A DNA stretch of 63,985 bases, filler included, from Vicugna vicugna (Eukaryota): NCBI GenBank assembly GCA_013265495.1. It is 81 parts of 76 records of this genome, joined end to end, with 100 filler letters (N's around TTAATTAATTAA, not from the genome) between each part and the next. Parts side by side here need not be neighbours in the genome. Positions count along the whole stretch, not along the records: positions 63,270 to 63,833 come from MU058181.1; positions 63,934 to 63,985 come from MU058375.1; 79 more parts are not named here. One strand, 5' to 3'. The position numbers and the translations under genes are program-made. The notes under the pieces were generated by a model, which worked only from the letters and a program-made list of their open reading frames with translations, was not told the DNA's origin and ran no database searches. Positions 63,271-63,985 of the stretch are shown piece by piece; the first letter of the stretch is position 1, and the number at the start of each line of letters is the position of its first letter.

Positions 63271-63833
63271 GAAACCTGGAGAGTTGTTGGGGTTCGTTTG
63301 AGAGATTATTATACAGCTAATGGCCCAAATAAATTACCGGTCACTGTTTTGCCCTTATGGCAGTTAATTCGAGATTGCCTCGATCCAGCTACTGAGGGAG
63401 AGAAATTAGATACAGTCAAGATAGAAAATATTGAGCCTTCCGCTCCTACTAATACAGAATTGAAAGAAGCACCCTCTGCTCCTCCTGCAGTAAATGCAAG
63501 TGACAATCCTTTTGATTCAGAATTAGATCCAGCCGATCAGGAGGAATTAGAGGAGCAAGCTGCTCAATATCATAGGGATGAAGACCCTTGGGGTGTCTTT
63601 TTAACTGAAGAAAATAAAAATTTTGACATGACTAAGCTTAAAAACATTATTACAGAATGTGTTCAACAAAATGTTTCTAAAAATAACCATAGGACCTTAC
63701 CTCTAACTTCTTCTCCCCCTCCTGGTTACACATCCCAGGAGGCATGGACACCAAAATTTGTTGTTTTAAGTCCTTTACAAAAGGCTTTGCAACAAGCTAG
63801 TAAAGAAGGAGAACACATTCCTGGTTTTTCTTT
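63271..63833 (+). mobile_element. gag: Endogenous betaretrovirus (ERVK-class) gag fragment: matrix C-terminus plus phosphoprotein region, open frame
   Basis: ETWRVVGVRLRDYYTANGPNKLPVTVLPLWQLIRDCLD matches the betaretroviral MA (Gag_p10) pattern; PSAP x2, LEEQAAQYH, PPPGY; ~187 codons with no stop. Confidence 0.9.
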
Positions 63834-63933
63834 NNNNNNNNNNNNNNNNNNNNNNNNNNNNNNNNNNNNNNNNNNNNTTAATTAATTAANNNNNNNNNNN
63901 NNNNNNNNNNNNNNNNNNNNNNNNNNNNNNNNN

Positions 63934-63985
63934 AATTCTTTATTCTGTATTCTATATTCTGCATTTCGTATTCTATATTCTATAT
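63934..63985 (-). repeat. Satellite E heptamer (start of next contig)
   Basis: ATATTCT units. Confidence 0.85.

Noticed and set aside
1012..63889. Regularly interspaced palindromic 12-mer resembling a CRISPR or regulatory array
   Set aside because: Always embedded in exactly 44+44 Ns; it is a six-frame-stop assembly spacer, with no cas genes and a mammalian context

Overview
This window is not a contiguous locus. It is an artificial concatenation of about 81 short (0.05-1.6 kb) unplaced contigs or scaffolds. I count 80 joins, each the same 100-bp linker (N44-TTAATTAATTAA-N44), so adjacency across a linker has no biological meaning. The DNA is mammalian and most likely camelid, judging by a Vic-1-type tRNA-derived SINE and cetartiodactyl-type L1/LTR pieces. 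About half of the pieces are satellite DNA from five families: (A) a GC-rich 267-bp monomer; (B) a diverged relative of A with ~265-bp monomers, mostly as an alternating dimer; (C) a ~737-bp trimer of ~245-bp subunits; (D) a ~249-bp monomer that looks related to C; (E) an AT-rich heptamer satellite (AGAATAT-like). The rest is L1/L2/MIR/LTR debris and unique DNA. Genic signal: (1) a multi-exon, strongly diverged MIA3/TANGO1-like paralog with a 3-heptad coiled-coil expansion (11591-12527, minus); (2) a collagen VI (COL6A4-like) VWA exon (61587-61751); (3) an open betaretroviral gag fragment with PSAP and PPxY late domains (63271-63833); (4) a 39-bp minisatellite that looks like a coding mucin-type repeat (36235-36733). 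Most ORFs in the supplied track are artefacts of N-runs, the linker or satellites. I found no CRISPR array, rRNA or bona fide tRNA gene. All homology calls come from recalled sequences, not from a database search.
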